Virus record (IMG/VR): IMGVR_UViG_3300045779_000011
Span: 1 to 48,509 of that record
Length of the DNA stretch: 48,509 nucleotides
Source of the DNA: a virus
Lineage: Duplodnaviria; Caudoviricetes
Reading direction: 5' to 3' (one strand)
Positions 19,540-29,018 of this stretch are shown here, piece by piece. The translations under genes and the position numbers were made by a program. Below the pieces are notes generated by a model. The model was not told the origin of the DNA. It saw only the letters and a list, made by a program, of their open reading frames with translations, and searched no databases. Each line of letters begins with the position of its first letter. Position 1 is the first letter of the stretch.

Positions 19540-20068
19540 GTGTTTTCTTGAAAAATAATAGACTTCCTACTGAAGCTGTCTTGGTATATTCGGGGGAGGG
19601 AAAATCAAGCTGAGATGCACCGAACACCGTAGCACCGTTTACAGTATCAAAAGTTTTGTTGTTTAATACTACGTCTAGATTTTCCAGTAATCGGACAAAG
19701 TTTACTTCTTCTTCTGGATAATCGCTGTGCCATACAGGAGCACCTGAACTCATGCTCTTAAAGAACATCGGATCTTCTAAGTACTGGCGGGGAGGAAATT
19801 TCTTTTGCCGGTTAACCAGAACGTGCAAGACTGCTGACATTCCGGGGTATAGTTCTGATCGGCCCTCCCGCCACGAGCACAGGGCTACTAGGGACTTGTC
19901 TAGGTCTTGAGCCACGACTCCAGACTCTTCTAGGTACTTCTGGAATACAGGATCACGGGGATCGGGCCACTCGTGGGAGGGTTTAGTTTCTTTTTCCCTC
20001 CACGACTTAACTAGATCGATACTCTTTTGGAACGTTTTAAAGTCCGTAGCGACCTCCCCACTTATCAC
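19529..20068 (-). CDS. Divergent SleB/Hydrolase_2-like cell wall hydrolase
   Basis: ALCSWREGRSE..GMSAVLHVLVNR...GATVF...VGSLLFF resembles the SleB pattern EarGE..G..AVa.Vi.NR...GA.yf...iG.H.F. Confidence 0.55.
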   Translation of the reverse strand: MISGEVATDFKTFQKSIDLVKSWREKETKPSHEWPDPRDPVFQKYLEESGVVAQDLDKSLVALCSWREGRSELYPGMSAVLHVLVNRQKKFPPRQYLEDPMFFKSMSSGAPVWHSDYPEEEVNFVRLLENLDVVLNNKTFDTVNGATVFGASQLDFPSPEYTKTASVGSLLFFKKTLDK

Positions 20069-21020
20069 AAACTATCTCTGCATATACTTCTTCTACCAGA
20101 TCGTTTATCCAGTCGTAGTCTGGTTCATTCCGTAAAACGGAAACCTTGGAAGCCTCTTCTACGTCTACTAGAAGTTGTTCGATGTCCTCGGCCACCTTTT
20201 CGTAGGGGAGCAAGCCTTTCTTGATCTCTAGGATGTGCTCTCGGTTCTGTAAAGGAAAAGTAACATTAGCTGTAGTCAAAAGTTCGACTGCCTCATTACC
20301 TACCCTTACCGCGTGAGACAAAGCCTTCCAGTCAATACCTTCGTTGTTCTCTGCCTTCCGTGCCCGGTCTCCGTAGTTCTCGTAGATTCGAGTATATATA
20401 CCAGCGGCCTCCTTGAGAGTATTCTTGAAACCCACCATACGGTTGCAGCACTCAAAGTAGGTCTCAAACTTTCCGGGAGTTGTTTCTTTGGTTACGATCT
20501 TAGTAAATTCTCCGGTCATCTCCGTAAGAAGGCTTTCGAAGTCCCCTACCTTACCTTGTGGGCTGTTTGAGTAGATTGTAGAGAAAACTTGACTGGCTTC
20601 CTTCGCGGCTTTTACCCGACTACCACGGATTCCATATTTGTTCGCTTGAGTTCTTACATATCCGACAAAGGAAGCACTTTTGGTTGTAAGTAGCTTTTCT
20701 TTGTTAGCTTTAATGGTCGTATACCACAAGAAAGAGTCAATCTCCGGATTAGGGGCAAATAACATATCGATAGCTACAGTCTGTCCCTCTGCCAACAATC
20801 CCAGATACCTTTGCAGAGAATAGGATTCATCATCTACATCTTCTGGGGAGTTCCTCTCCCCCGCTACCTTAGACTTTTTATTTCCAAGAGAACCTTTGAC
20901 TCTCTGTAAGAGAATGTCTGAGGCGTCGGGCAAATACACACTCTTATAGTCTAGGTCTGACAGAGGGGTATCTGTTCCATAGAGGTGGCTACCGAATTTT
21001 GTACGAAAGATAGTCTTCAC
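20037..21020 (-). CDS. Pol-beta superfamily nucleotidyltransferase (RlaP/YcgL-like)
   Basis: FGSHLYGTDTPLSDLDYKSVY; DWKALSHAVR; ILEIKKG. Confidence 0.85.
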   Translation of the reverse strand: MKTIFRTKFGSHLYGTDTPLSDLDYKSVYLPDASDILLQRVKGSLGNKKSKVAGERNSPEDVDDESYSLQRYLGLLAEGQTVAIDMLFAPNPEIDSFLWYTTIKANKEKLLTTKSASFVGYVRTQANKYGIRGSRVKAAKEASQVFSTIYSNSPQGKVGDFESLLTEMTGEFTKIVTKETTPGKFETYFECCNRMVGFKNTLKEAAGIYTRIYENYGDRARKAENNEGIDWKALSHAVRVGNEAVELLTTANVTFPLQNREHILEIKKGLLPYEKVAEDIEQLLVDVEEASKVSVLRNEPDYDWINDLVEEVYAEIVCDKWGGRYGL

Positions 21021-21461
21021 TTACTTCTCTTTTCCGTTTTCCGGAAAGGTCTTAGTTCCCTTCCCTGCTGGAAATTGAATAACGTTGCTGATCTTGTTCT
21101 TCTTTCGGATAGCTCCGGCAGCACATTCTGGGCAGCAGTATACACTCTTGTTTCCTGCGTAGTCTGCTACGATAACAATGTTCTGGACTTCCTTAATAAA
21201 TTTTTCCCCACCAGTACCGTCGTCATCAAACGATATTACTGTTGGTACTGTTACAAGATCTTCGTTGATCTTCCCGTTTACACACCTATCTGAGTCACAG
21301 GTTACCACGGTACGGAGTCGTTGGGCGGTTGGTTTACCGTAAGCCACAACCTCATCTACAGAGTCTTTAATAGCCACAAAGTCCTGGCCTACAAACTCCC
21401 CAGTCTTCTCTATTTCGTCTAATCCCTTGATGGTTACATATTGCGTTATCGCTACCGGCAT
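21021..21461 (-). CDS. Hypothetical protein (Cys motifs)
   Basis: CDSDRC and YCCPEC. Confidence 0.7.
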   Translation of the reverse strand: MPVAITQYVTIKGLDEIEKTGEFVGQDFVAIKDSVDEVVAYGKPTAQRLRTVVTCDSDRCVNGKINEDLVTVPTVISFDDDGTGGEKFIKEVQNIVIVADYAGNKSVYCCPECAAGAIRKKNKISNVIQFPAGKGTKTFPENGKEK

Positions 21462-21836
21462 TTACTCTTTCTCCTTAATTTTTGAAGATTGGAATCTACG
21501 ATTCCCGTGAGCTACATTTAAGTGGCAATGGGGGCAGATAAAACATCCGTTGGATATTGATACGTCCCCTCCGGAACCTTTCGGAATTCTTTCGTGCATA
21601 TGGCCTGTCCACCAATCGATACGTTTACCGCAGTCTTCACAGTGAGTGATTCCTTCTTCATCTGTAGCTCTTTTACAAACTGCTTTCCGTATTTCTTCTA
21701 CTGCTACTTTCCGGGCTACGTATCCTACTTTTTCTGGATGTTCTACACTGAGAGCATATGCTTCGTGGTTCACACGAAAAATTTTTAGAATCTCCCCTGA
21801 GTCTCCTAATAGAACGTACACCAACTGCTTACTCAT
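21462..21836 (-). CDS. HNH endonuclease
   Basis: CEDCG...HMHE..KGSGG...SNGCFICPHCH. Confidence 0.8.
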   Translation of the reverse strand: MSKQLVYVLLGDSGEILKIFRVNHEAYALSVEHPEKVGYVARKVAVEEIRKAVCKRATDEEGITHCEDCGKRIDWWTGHMHERIPKGSGGDVSISNGCFICPHCHLNVAHGNRRFQSSKIKEKE

Positions 21837-22080
21837 TCTTAGTAAACTCGTTTTCTTCCGCCCAAGCTACCAGAGATTTATTATCGAAGACCTCTTCTGG
21901 GTAGCATGTATCTTTCACCCACTCAAGTATACTACCTTTCTCGAATACTTGACTCGGAACAAGATTATTTTCTATCCAACTTAGTAGCGTGGGAAGGATT
22001 TCATCTGAAATATTTAACTCACCCAAAAGTTGGGCCTTAAATTCTTGATCTTCCCGTCTAGATGTGTAGTCTGACGCCAT
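21829..22080 (-). CDS. Acidic hypothetical protein
   Basis: Internal repeat WI...L.P..VF. Confidence 0.7.
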   Translation of the reverse strand: MASDYTSRREDQEFKAQLLGELNISDEILPTLLSWIENNLVPSQVFEKGSILEWVKDTCYPEEVFDNKSLVAWAEENEFTKNE

Positions 22081-22619
22081 TACTTTTCCTCCTTGACCTT
22101 TGTCTTGGCGTAGTTCAGTTGTTCCTTCGCCCGTTCTAATTCTTCTTGACTCCTCTTAATAATTCCTTTGTAATAAGAAACATGCCAAGCCCAAGACTTT
22201 GTGTCCTTGGTCTTTCTCTTTAGGGAATCTTTAGCAGTTTGTGTTATCTCTTCTGCTAAAACCTTAGCTCGTTCTTGAGCACCCTCTTCGGTAGAAAAAA
22301 CTTCGCTGTCTTTCATTACACAATTTCCGCCATTACCCGCAGGAATCCGATATTCTACTCCTCCCGGAGTAATTTCTATACCAACGACAGGGCCACTAAA
22401 AACTTTAGCTTCTTGTTTCCAGTAAATTTCAGTTCCGGTAGGTCCCCAGTACCCCCTCTTACATCCTTCGCAGGGTATAGTTACTTCAGATCCGTCCCCA
22501 AGAATGGCGGTAATATACATCTTTCCAAAACAAGTATCACAGACAACATGCTCTTCTATCGATTCTGTCTGAGCTAGCCAAACGGTATCTCCTAGATTAA
22601 ACATTATCCGTTCCCCCAT
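22080..22619 (-). CDS. Hypothetical protein with CxxC pairs
   Basis: FNLGDTVW, CDTC.G, CEGC..G, C-terminal coiled coil. Confidence 0.7.
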   Translation of the reverse strand: MGERIMFNLGDTVWLAQTESIEEHVVCDTCFGKMYITAILGDGSEVTIPCEGCKRGYWGPTGTEIYWKQEAKVFSGPVVGIEITPGGVEYRIPAGNGGNCVMKDSEVFSTEEGAQERAKVLAEEITQTAKDSLKRKTKDTKSWAWHVSYYKGIIKRSQEELERAKEQLNYAKTKVKEEK

Positions 22620-23275
22620 GTTCCTACAAATTCCTGTGCTAGTCTTAGAGCCGCTTGCTTAAGTTGTAGCCACTCCGGTTGGTCGTGAGGAATTGCAGGG
22701 TCTACCGACTTTGCAATCTCAATAGCTTGAGTCCACTCGCGCCACTCCTCGTCGCTTGCAAAAAATCCGCCAACGTCCCGCCATCTACCCTTATCTTCCG
22801 GTAAAATATTGTGTAGCTTGAGGGCACATTCTCCTCGAAGTTCGTCTACCTTCTTCTTAGGGTCCGTAGCCAGGGCCATCAAGTCTTCTGGGATAGTTGA
22901 AACCCCCGACTGTTCCGCGTATTTACTGAGCACCCCCGCCTTTGTAATACCAATCTCACACAGCGTATCTTCTGATAACAAAGGACTTAAGTTCTGCGCG
23001 ATTGAAATACCAAGGTACAACTGAGAGTGTCCAATATCGTACTTCTTTTCTACGAATTTAATATATTCCCCAAAAGACTTGTAATTGCCCAACAGCCAGA
23101 ACTTGCGTTCACGCACCTGATTCAGGAGACTACCTAACCGGGCGTAGTTAGAGGCAAGGGTTCTGGTAGCTGAAAGAATGGTGCTGGTAGCTGAGTCAAT
23201 CTGTTCTTCGACCTTCTTAGCCTCCACTTTATCTTCCGAGGAGAACGATTCAATTAAGAGGGTATGGGCTTCCAA
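22604..23275 (-). CDS. Hypothetical helical (probable DNA-binding) protein
   Basis: LG.LL..VRE..FW...YKSFGEYI...IG.TKA pattern. Confidence 0.6.
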   Translation of the reverse strand: MEAHTLLIESFSSEDKVEAKKVEEQIDSATSTILSATRTLASNYARLGSLLNQVRERKFWLLGNYKSFGEYIKFVEKKYDIGHSQLYLGISIAQNLSPLLSEDTLCEIGITKAGVLSKYAEQSGVSTIPEDLMALATDPKKKVDELRGECALKLHNILPEDKGRWRDVGGFFASDEEWREWTQAIEIAKSVDPAIPHDQPEWLQLKQAALRLAQEFVGTWGNG

Positions 23276-23484
23276 ATTTTTCCTTCCTCTTCTTTTTCCA
23301 ACTTCATCAGATTAAAGGACTTCGCTGTTTGGATAAGCCCCAAGTAAAAACACCACCCCGAGAATGCCGACCCAAAAAATAGAAGGACCCCTATCCCAAG
23401 GAAAATAGCTCCTACACACGACGCTAAACCCGCCGCTGATATGGAGAAATACACCGTGGCTTGAACACTGTGTCTATTTAGCAT
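23254..23484 (-). CDS. Small membrane protein
   Basis: Long hydrophobic stretch (about 2 TM) with charged C-terminus. Confidence 0.6.
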   Translation of the reverse strand: MLNRHSVQATVYFSISAAGLASCVGAIFLGIGVLLFFGSAFSGWCFYLGLIQTAKSFNLMKLEKEEEGKIWKPIPS

Positions 23485-23879
23485 TAGCCCGTCACCAAAA
23501 CTTCTCTGTAAATTTCGTTAGGAAACTGCTCCCGGGCGTACTTTACATCCTCCCACAAGGTATCGTACCAAAAATCAAAAGACTTTCCCTCCACGACCTT
23601 TGTCCCCTCTTTGCATTGAATAACCTTCTTTGGAGTAGGAGGGTCTGGTTCTAGAATAAATAAGTCCATTTCCGATTCTTCACCTTCTTTCAGGCCACCC
23701 GACGAGTAGTAGCTACCCGTATCGTAGACCAACTGAAGAGTTCCTGTATGGTCCAGCCACACCACGGTCTCTTCTTCTGCCTCCGGAGCATACGACACAA
23801 ACTTCGCTGATTTTCCGCTACGCTGGACAATCTTTGCTCCAGCAACCACTTCATCGATATTAAACTTCCTTGTCGCCAC
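23484..23879 (-). CDS. Hypothetical protein
   Basis: GTG start after GAGGAGG. Confidence 0.7.
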   Translation of the reverse strand: MATRKFNIDEVVAGAKIVQRSGKSAKFVSYAPEAEEETVVWLDHTGTLQLVYDTGSYYSSGGLKEGEESEMDLFILEPDPPTPKKVIQCKEGTKVVEGKSFDFWYDTLWEDVKYAREQFPNEIYREVLVTG

Positions 23880-24024
23880 TTTCTTCCTCCTCGATCAATC
23901 CGCACCACTCAACTCTGGCGCAAGACATTAGATCAAAATCAAACTCAGCTTGTATGAGAGCGTCTCCCTCATCTTCTGCTTCAAACTCTTCGTCGTACTC
24001 AAAACTCACTCGCCACTTCGCCAT
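23860..24024 (-). CDS. Small acidic protein
   Basis: ATG at 24024 after GAGG; the ORF-track TTG is the -35 box. Confidence 0.7.
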   Translation of the reverse strand: MAKWRVSFEYDEEFEAEDEGDALIQAEFDFDLMSCARVEWCGLIEEEESGDKEV

Positions 24025-24040
24025 AAATCCCTCTATTGTT

Positions 24041-24069
24041 AGATTACCACACTTCGGTCTTCGTGTCAA
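24041..24069 (-). promoter_or_regulatory. Sigma70-type promoter
   Basis: TTGACA-17 bp (ends TGTGG)-TAATCT. Confidence 0.85.
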
Positions 24070-24076
24070 GTACTTT

Positions 24077-25969
24077 TTAAAATAAATCTTGCTGTACCAT
24101 AGGGGGTTCTATATTTACAATTTCATTGAAGGTAGCCAAAGACCCAAGGAAGAACAGTTTAGTAAAGGCTGCACCTTTCCCCCTACTCCGTCCCTTCATA
24201 CAACGAACCTGTACCTCCGGAGAAAGGTTATCCTTAGTTTCTTCGGTCATATTCTTAACTACTTCCCTGTGTAGAAAAAATACCACATCTGAATCTGAGA
24301 CAATTGACTCTGACCCCTTAGCATCATAAATATCTATAGCTTTCCCTTGAGTCTTCTGCCCCGGCTTGCGTGGCTGTCCTACCACAAAGAACTTCAAACC
24401 GTACTTTTGGGACATACGTTTGATTCTCTGCATAGCTCGTGACTGCTCTTGAATCTCGTTACTGGAGTTCCTACAAAGGAAATGAATATGGTCTAAAATT
24501 ACTGAGGTTGCTCCTATCCTCCGAACTCCGGCTTCTATCAAATCTAAGACACCTTCAGAAGAGTTCTGGTTAGGATCGTTACCTACGTAATACGAAACAC
24601 CTTTGAGCCTCTTAGAAGCTTCTATCCTGTCTTCTTTTTTAACGTCGTTACGATTTTTGGCTAAAAGATTCGCGGTAACAATCTCTCCAATCTCGGAGTC
24701 GCTCATTTCGCACTGGTAATTTAAGACTACTTCTTCGTTTCGTTTGGCTGCGTTTAGAGTAGCTTGTATGAGCCACGTCGATTTTCCCGTAGAGGTTTGA
24801 GTAGCCGAGACATACACCACACTTCCTGGAAGTATGTTGGCCATCTTGTCAACAGACTCCCAACCAAATCTGAACCTGTTGGGGTTGTCTTCCGAGGTCC
24901 CGGACTCGTCTCGTTTCAAGATATCCTGGATGCTCTTGACTCCGGGCATAGGGTTTGAGTATGCAGCAAGGGTAAGATTGTCTACGATATTCCGGAAAAC
25001 GGAGATATCTCGGCCCGCTGACTCCAAGAATACTTGGTTAGCGTCTTTCTTCTTGTCCCAGGTAAGCAAGTAGGTGTGGGCCTGAAACTCATTCCACATC
25101 TTGAGCATCTTAGCCGTACCGGACGCGCCATCGTTGTCCCCGGCCAGAATAAGCACTGGAGCACTCATCAATAAATCTCGCATAGCGGGCGTTAAGTTAG
25201 CTGAAGCGTTAGGAAGAGATATAGCCCGATATCCGGCCTGTACCATAATAGCCATATCAAGTTTGCCCTCTACGAGATATAAAGGTTCTTCTGTAGACAG
25301 AAACTCAGTACCAAACAAAACCTTGTTGGTCATGCCAGTACGAACACGGGTCTCTTTGGTTACAATAGACCGCGCCTCGATACACAAAACTTCATCACCC
25401 TCTATTGCTGCGAAGGTGATCCAGCCTTTATCTGCAATATCCTTTAGCTTCTCTTTGTCGTATCTTTTGGTAACTTCGTCCAGTGTTTGGCAGAATCCGA
25501 ATCTGCACTGGCGGGCCGCTGGATATGTGATACCCCGCTCACGGAACAACCATTCTTGGGCCTCCGGGGACTGGTATAGTCCTAACTCAAACTTGGCATA
25601 CTTCTCTAGAGGAACCCTATCTGATTTGTTCTCTTCGGCCAGTTCTAGGTTCTTGAATACTGCGTCTGCTGCCTGCTTAGTCTCTTCCCAGTCTCCTCCG
25701 GTAACATCTTCCAGAATCTTCTTTGCTGCGGAGAAGGAAATTTTGTCCACGTCCTGGACAAATTTGATAGCATCCCCACCAGCACCGCACGAAAAACACG
25801 AGTATACCCAATCACCTTTTTTATCGTGACCTATGTTAAAACTGTTCCCAGGGGAGCTTTCCTCGTGAAACGGGCATTTCCCCCAAAATGAATCGTTTCG
25901 CTTCTCAAGCCTCACCCGCTGAGAAAAAACAGCCAATAAAGCTGGATGACTCTTAATTGCCTCCGACAT
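24077..25969 (-). CDS. Primase-helicase (CHC2 zinc finger + TOPRIM + SF4 helicase)
   Basis: CPFH..CFSC, VEGKLD, GDND, Walker A STGKST, ILDHIH, SESIVSDSD. Confidence 0.92.
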   Translation of the reverse strand: MSEAIKSHPALLAVFSQRVRLEKRNDSFWGKCPFHEESSPGNSFNIGHDKKGDWVYSCFSCGAGGDAIKFVQDVDKISFSAAKKILEDVTGGDWEETKQAADAVFKNLELAEENKSDRVPLEKYAKFELGLYQSPEAQEWLFRERGITYPAARQCRFGFCQTLDEVTKRYDKEKLKDIADKGWITFAAIEGDEVLCIEARSIVTKETRVRTGMTNKVLFGTEFLSTEEPLYLVEGKLDMAIMVQAGYRAISLPNASANLTPAMRDLLMSAPVLILAGDNDGASGTAKMLKMWNEFQAHTYLLTWDKKKDANQVFLESAGRDISVFRNIVDNLTLAAYSNPMPGVKSIQDILKRDESGTSEDNPNRFRFGWESVDKMANILPGSVVYVSATQTSTGKSTWLIQATLNAAKRNEEVVLNYQCEMSDSEIGEIVTANLLAKNRNDVKKEDRIEASKRLKGVSYYVGNDPNQNSSEGVLDLIEAGVRRIGATSVILDHIHFLCRNSSNEIQEQSRAMQRIKRMSQKYGLKFFVVGQPRKPGQKTQGKAIDIYDAKGSESIVSDSDVVFFLHREVVKNMTEETKDNLSPEVQVRCMKGRSRGKGAAFTKLFFLGSLATFNEIVNIEPPMVQQDLF

Positions 25970-25978
25970 TATTTATCC

Positions 25979-26767
25979 TTAAAGGTCTTCTTCTGCTTCG
26001 TCATCTTCGGGAACTACTTGTTTCTGTGCCTGTTGGTACTGTAGTTGAGCCAGAGCTTCTTGTTTCTGCTGCTCTTCCTTCTGTCTCTTGATGGTAGCAA
26101 TCAAAATCTCCGCTCGTTCCAAAAAATTCTTGGCCGCAAAGTTCTGTCCCTTGTCGTCCACGGTAGCATAGAAGCTGTTGAAGGCTTCGACCACTAACAC
26201 CTTACCATAACTTTTCAAAAGTTGGGCAAGACGAATCCTATAATCTCCACCAAAGAAAACCTTGTTGTCTGTACTAAACGCGATTTGCTTCTCTGTATCG
26301 TCTAGTAAGGGATTAGTTACTAGCGGTTTCCGGGCCGTCATTCCGACCAAGCTACCCACGTTCCGGAGGAAAGCACTGACAGGCTTCTTGCCTAGAAAAT
26401 TGCTCTGGCTAGAACACCACTCGTAGAAGGCACAGAGAACGTCGTCGTGCCCGTACTGCTTTACTGCTACCTTGAGTTCCTTGAGCCACCACTTTCTTTC
26501 TTCAGAAAACCCGATAAGGTCTGAGGCCATCTTTTCGATGTTAGACTCTACAGGCATGTGGTTACTTAGGTAGGCGTCCACTCCTTCGTTAGGGGAGAAG
26601 GTATCAGGCTCCGGTTCGTAGGTTGGTTGAGGTGCAGATAGCCTTTGGGGAATATCTGAATAAATTTCCTTTTCCGTTTTCCGGAATTTCCCGTGCTTAA
26701 CAAACGCCCCCACCACGTCGTCCGTGAAGTCGTCTGTGTCTATAAGTTGGTATGTATCTCCGATCAT
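25979..26767 (-). CDS. Hypothetical protein, replication module
   Basis: Two internal repeats (L...YG...V..AF..F...FL); next to the primase-helicase. Confidence 0.65.
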   Translation of the reverse strand: MIGDTYQLIDTDDFTDDVVGAFVKHGKFRKTEKEIYSDIPQRLSAPQPTYEPEPDTFSPNEGVDAYLSNHMPVESNIEKMASDLIGFSEERKWWLKELKVAVKQYGHDDVLCAFYEWCSSQSNFLGKKPVSAFLRNVGSLVGMTARKPLVTNPLLDDTEKQIAFSTDNKVFFGGDYRIRLAQLLKSYGKVLVVEAFNSFYATVDDKGQNFAAKNFLERAEILIATIKRQKEEQQKQEALAQLQYQQAQKQVVPEDDEAEEDL

Positions 26768-27408
26768 TCAACCTCCAGTAAAGTATATCCTGGCCCGCTG
26801 TGTGGCCGATAGTTTTCATTTAAAAAACTGGCGTTTACGAAAGTCGGCCCCCAAATGCTTGGTGCAATCCCCCTACTTCCGTGTATGTGTCCGAATACGT
26901 GGTACTTCAGTTTAGAAAGTTGTTTCACCCTATGCAACAATTCTATGTCTCCTAAGTGTTCTCCACCTTTTACTGCTTGGTCTAGTATACCATAAGGAGG
27001 TCCGTGTGTAACAAGGAACTCTGTATCGTCCGGAATCTTGGCCCAGTTCTTTTTTAGTTGGGCGCGGGTGGCATTAAAAGCCCAATTATTGAACTCCGGC
27101 GTAAAAGGGGAAAACCAAAACTTTATTTTCCTCACCATAAAAGCTTCGTTTTCAACATAGATTCCTTTGGTCAGAAAATAAGCACTGTTTCTGTCGGATT
27201 CAAAAAGTCTGTCATGATTCCCTCCGCATATAAGTTTAAACATTTCTTTTGGCAGAGTCCCTAGCCATGAGTTAAAAGATGAAATCTCCTCTACGTACCT
27301 CCCGCTGTTCATAAAATCTCCGGCGTGTATGAGGACATCCGCTTCAGGTAGACTACCTATTAGCGAATGACTACCGTGAGTGTCTGAAATGGCTAGTATT
27401 TTGGTCAT
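26764..27408 (-). CDS. Metallophosphoesterase (MPPED-like)
   Basis: SDTHG, HAGD, GNHD, THGPP, FGHIH, VNAS. Confidence 0.9.
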   Translation of the reverse strand: MTKILAISDTHGSHSLIGSLPEADVLIHAGDFMNSGRYVEEISSFNSWLGTLPKEMFKLICGGNHDRLFESDRNSAYFLTKGIYVENEAFMVRKIKFWFSPFTPEFNNWAFNATRAQLKKNWAKIPDDTEFLVTHGPPYGILDQAVKGGEHLGDIELLHRVKQLSKLKYHVFGHIHGSRGIAPSIWGPTFVNASFLNENYRPHSGPGYTLLEVE

Positions 27409-28547
27409 TAGAAATCCTCCGAAATTTGTACAAGATTCTCACGAATAAGTTGCGGATCATCAAGACATAATCCTCTATGGCTACACTGGTTACACACTGC
27501 GTGGGGGAATCTAACCCCAGACTTTTGCGGGAAATTATTGTTCTGATTACAGTCTGCTATCTCAATAGCCTCGTGCTTAATAGTAAACTCCGCATCTTGG
27601 CGGGCCTGTTCAGAAATCAAAGCTGGTAAAAACTGAATTCGACACTTAGTTACTAACTCTCTGGGAACTCTGAAACCCTTAAAGATATATTCGGCTAGGA
27701 GTTCTGATTTTGCAGTCTCCGCTCCTTTACCTTTGATCTCAGACTTTCGTCTCTGGTATTCATCATACTCAGCCTTACTATTCAATATTACCACGAAACC
27801 CTCTTCTATGTCAAGAGTAATATAGGACTCTCCTGCTTCTAAACCTGAAAAGTTTTGCAGTAAAGTAACGTATTGTCCTGTGGATGGGTCAGTAATATTC
27901 TTTACGAGCACCAGGAAACTTACGGTCTCAATCCCTGTAGCCCAGCTATACTCTCGTAGCTGGCGGTCCAAGGAAGCTAGCCTGGGATCGCTAAAATAAG
28001 GGTTTGCGGAAGTTTTTAAGTCAACTATAATCTTCCGTGTTTGTCCGTTTTCCGGAATCCTCGGCAGCAGGGGGTGGTCCCAACGTGGCTCTGCCACTAT
28101 ATCCAGCTTTGCCGTATGCTCAAGACCTTCGTAGTCTGTACCAGGAAACAGAGAGGTAATTACCTCTTGCTGGAACTTAGCATTCTCCAAAGGAAGTCGT
28201 GGACGCATGATCTCGTAAAGAGCTAAGAGTTCTGACCCACACTTATATAGGGCTTCCCAGCTACCATCCTTCTCGCCGTAAGTGATCTCTCCATTCTCTT
28301 TCTCTCGCGCCCAGAGAGATTTAAATTCATTAATCCCCGTTCCCGGTTCAAAGTTCTGGTTATGGTGGAACTCGATTGCAGACTCTACAGCCCGACCGAA
28401 CGAGAGTGCAGCCCTCTCCTCGCGTTCGACCCAACCCTCAAGACGTTTAAATTGGTATTTTTTCGGGCACCCCCAATCTAAACCTCCTGAGTAGGAGTGC
28501 CTTGAAATTTGTCTACCCTTAATATTTTGATACAGTATGCGATTCAC
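27408..28547 (-). CDS. PD-(D/E)XK exonuclease, Cas4/AddB-like
   Basis: SYS..CPKKY, KLD, VDLKTS, QLREY, CNQC....C Fe-S pattern. Confidence 0.85.
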   Translation of the reverse strand: MNRILYQNIKGRQISRHSYSGGLDWGCPKKYQFKRLEGWVEREERAALSFGRAVESAIEFHHNQNFEPGTGINEFKSLWAREKENGEITYGEKDGSWEALYKCGSELLALYEIMRPRLPLENAKFQQEVITSLFPGTDYEGLEHTAKLDIVAEPRWDHPLLPRIPENGQTRKIIVDLKTSANPYFSDPRLASLDRQLREYSWATGIETVSFLVLVKNITDPSTGQYVTLLQNFSGLEAGESYITLDIEEGFVVILNSKAEYDEYQRRKSEIKGKGAETAKSELLAEYIFKGFRVPRELVTKCRIQFLPALISEQARQDAEFTIKHEAIEIADCNQNNNFPQKSGVRFPHAVCNQCSHRGLCLDDPQLIRENLVQISEDF

Positions 28548-28891
28548 TTCTCCTCCTTGTGCCAGCTATCTTGGCACGGAAACCAAGCGTTGAAAGCGTC
28601 TAGATTTATATCCACTCTTTTCTTTTTACTATCGCTTCCGCACTCTGGACAAACATCTATCTTAGCAGGGAGCACAGGATCACCTCCTCCGTTTTCTCTC
28701 TCCAACCTTCTTTTATAGAATTCGCTATCTATCATAATATCTGCTATACAGTAAAGACACAGGTCGAATACTTCTTCTTTTGCGTAGGACCCCCGGTAGT
28801 CTGTTTCTACCCCTGTAGGAAGGATTAAGTGTAGAATATCTCGGTGCTCACTCTTAGGGATTTGGCATTTATCACAAGCCAGTATTTTCAT
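28544..28891 (-). CDS. Zinc-binding hypothetical protein
   Basis: CDKC, DLCLYC, CPECG. Confidence 0.65.
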   Translation of the reverse strand: MKILACDKCQIPKSEHRDILHLILPTGVETDYRGSYAKEEVFDLCLYCIADIMIDSEFYKRRLERENGGGDPVLPAKIDVCPECGSDSKKKRVDINLDAFNAWFPCQDSWHKEEK

Positions 28892-29018
28892 TCTCAAGCC
28901 TCTCTAATTCTTCTTCTATATCCTTACAGTCGTCTGACTCCCAATAAAGCATGAGAGCCTCAAATTTTTCCGTGTCCAGTGTTTCAATCCAAGCCAGCCA
29001 CTCGTCGTCAAGATTCAT
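28872..29018 (-). CDS. Small acidic protein, 48 aa (not in ORF track)
   Basis: MNLDDEWLAWIETLDTEKFEALMLYWESDDCKDIEEELERLENENTGL; GAGG RBS; directly behind a promoter. Confidence 0.7.
   Translation of the reverse strand: MNLDDEWLAWIETLDTEKFEALMLYWESDDCKDIEEELERLENENTGL

Noticed and set aside
27408-28547. Cas4 as evidence of CRISPR-Cas
   Set aside because: Solo Cas4-like nucleases are common phage recombination exonucleases; no array or other cas genes.
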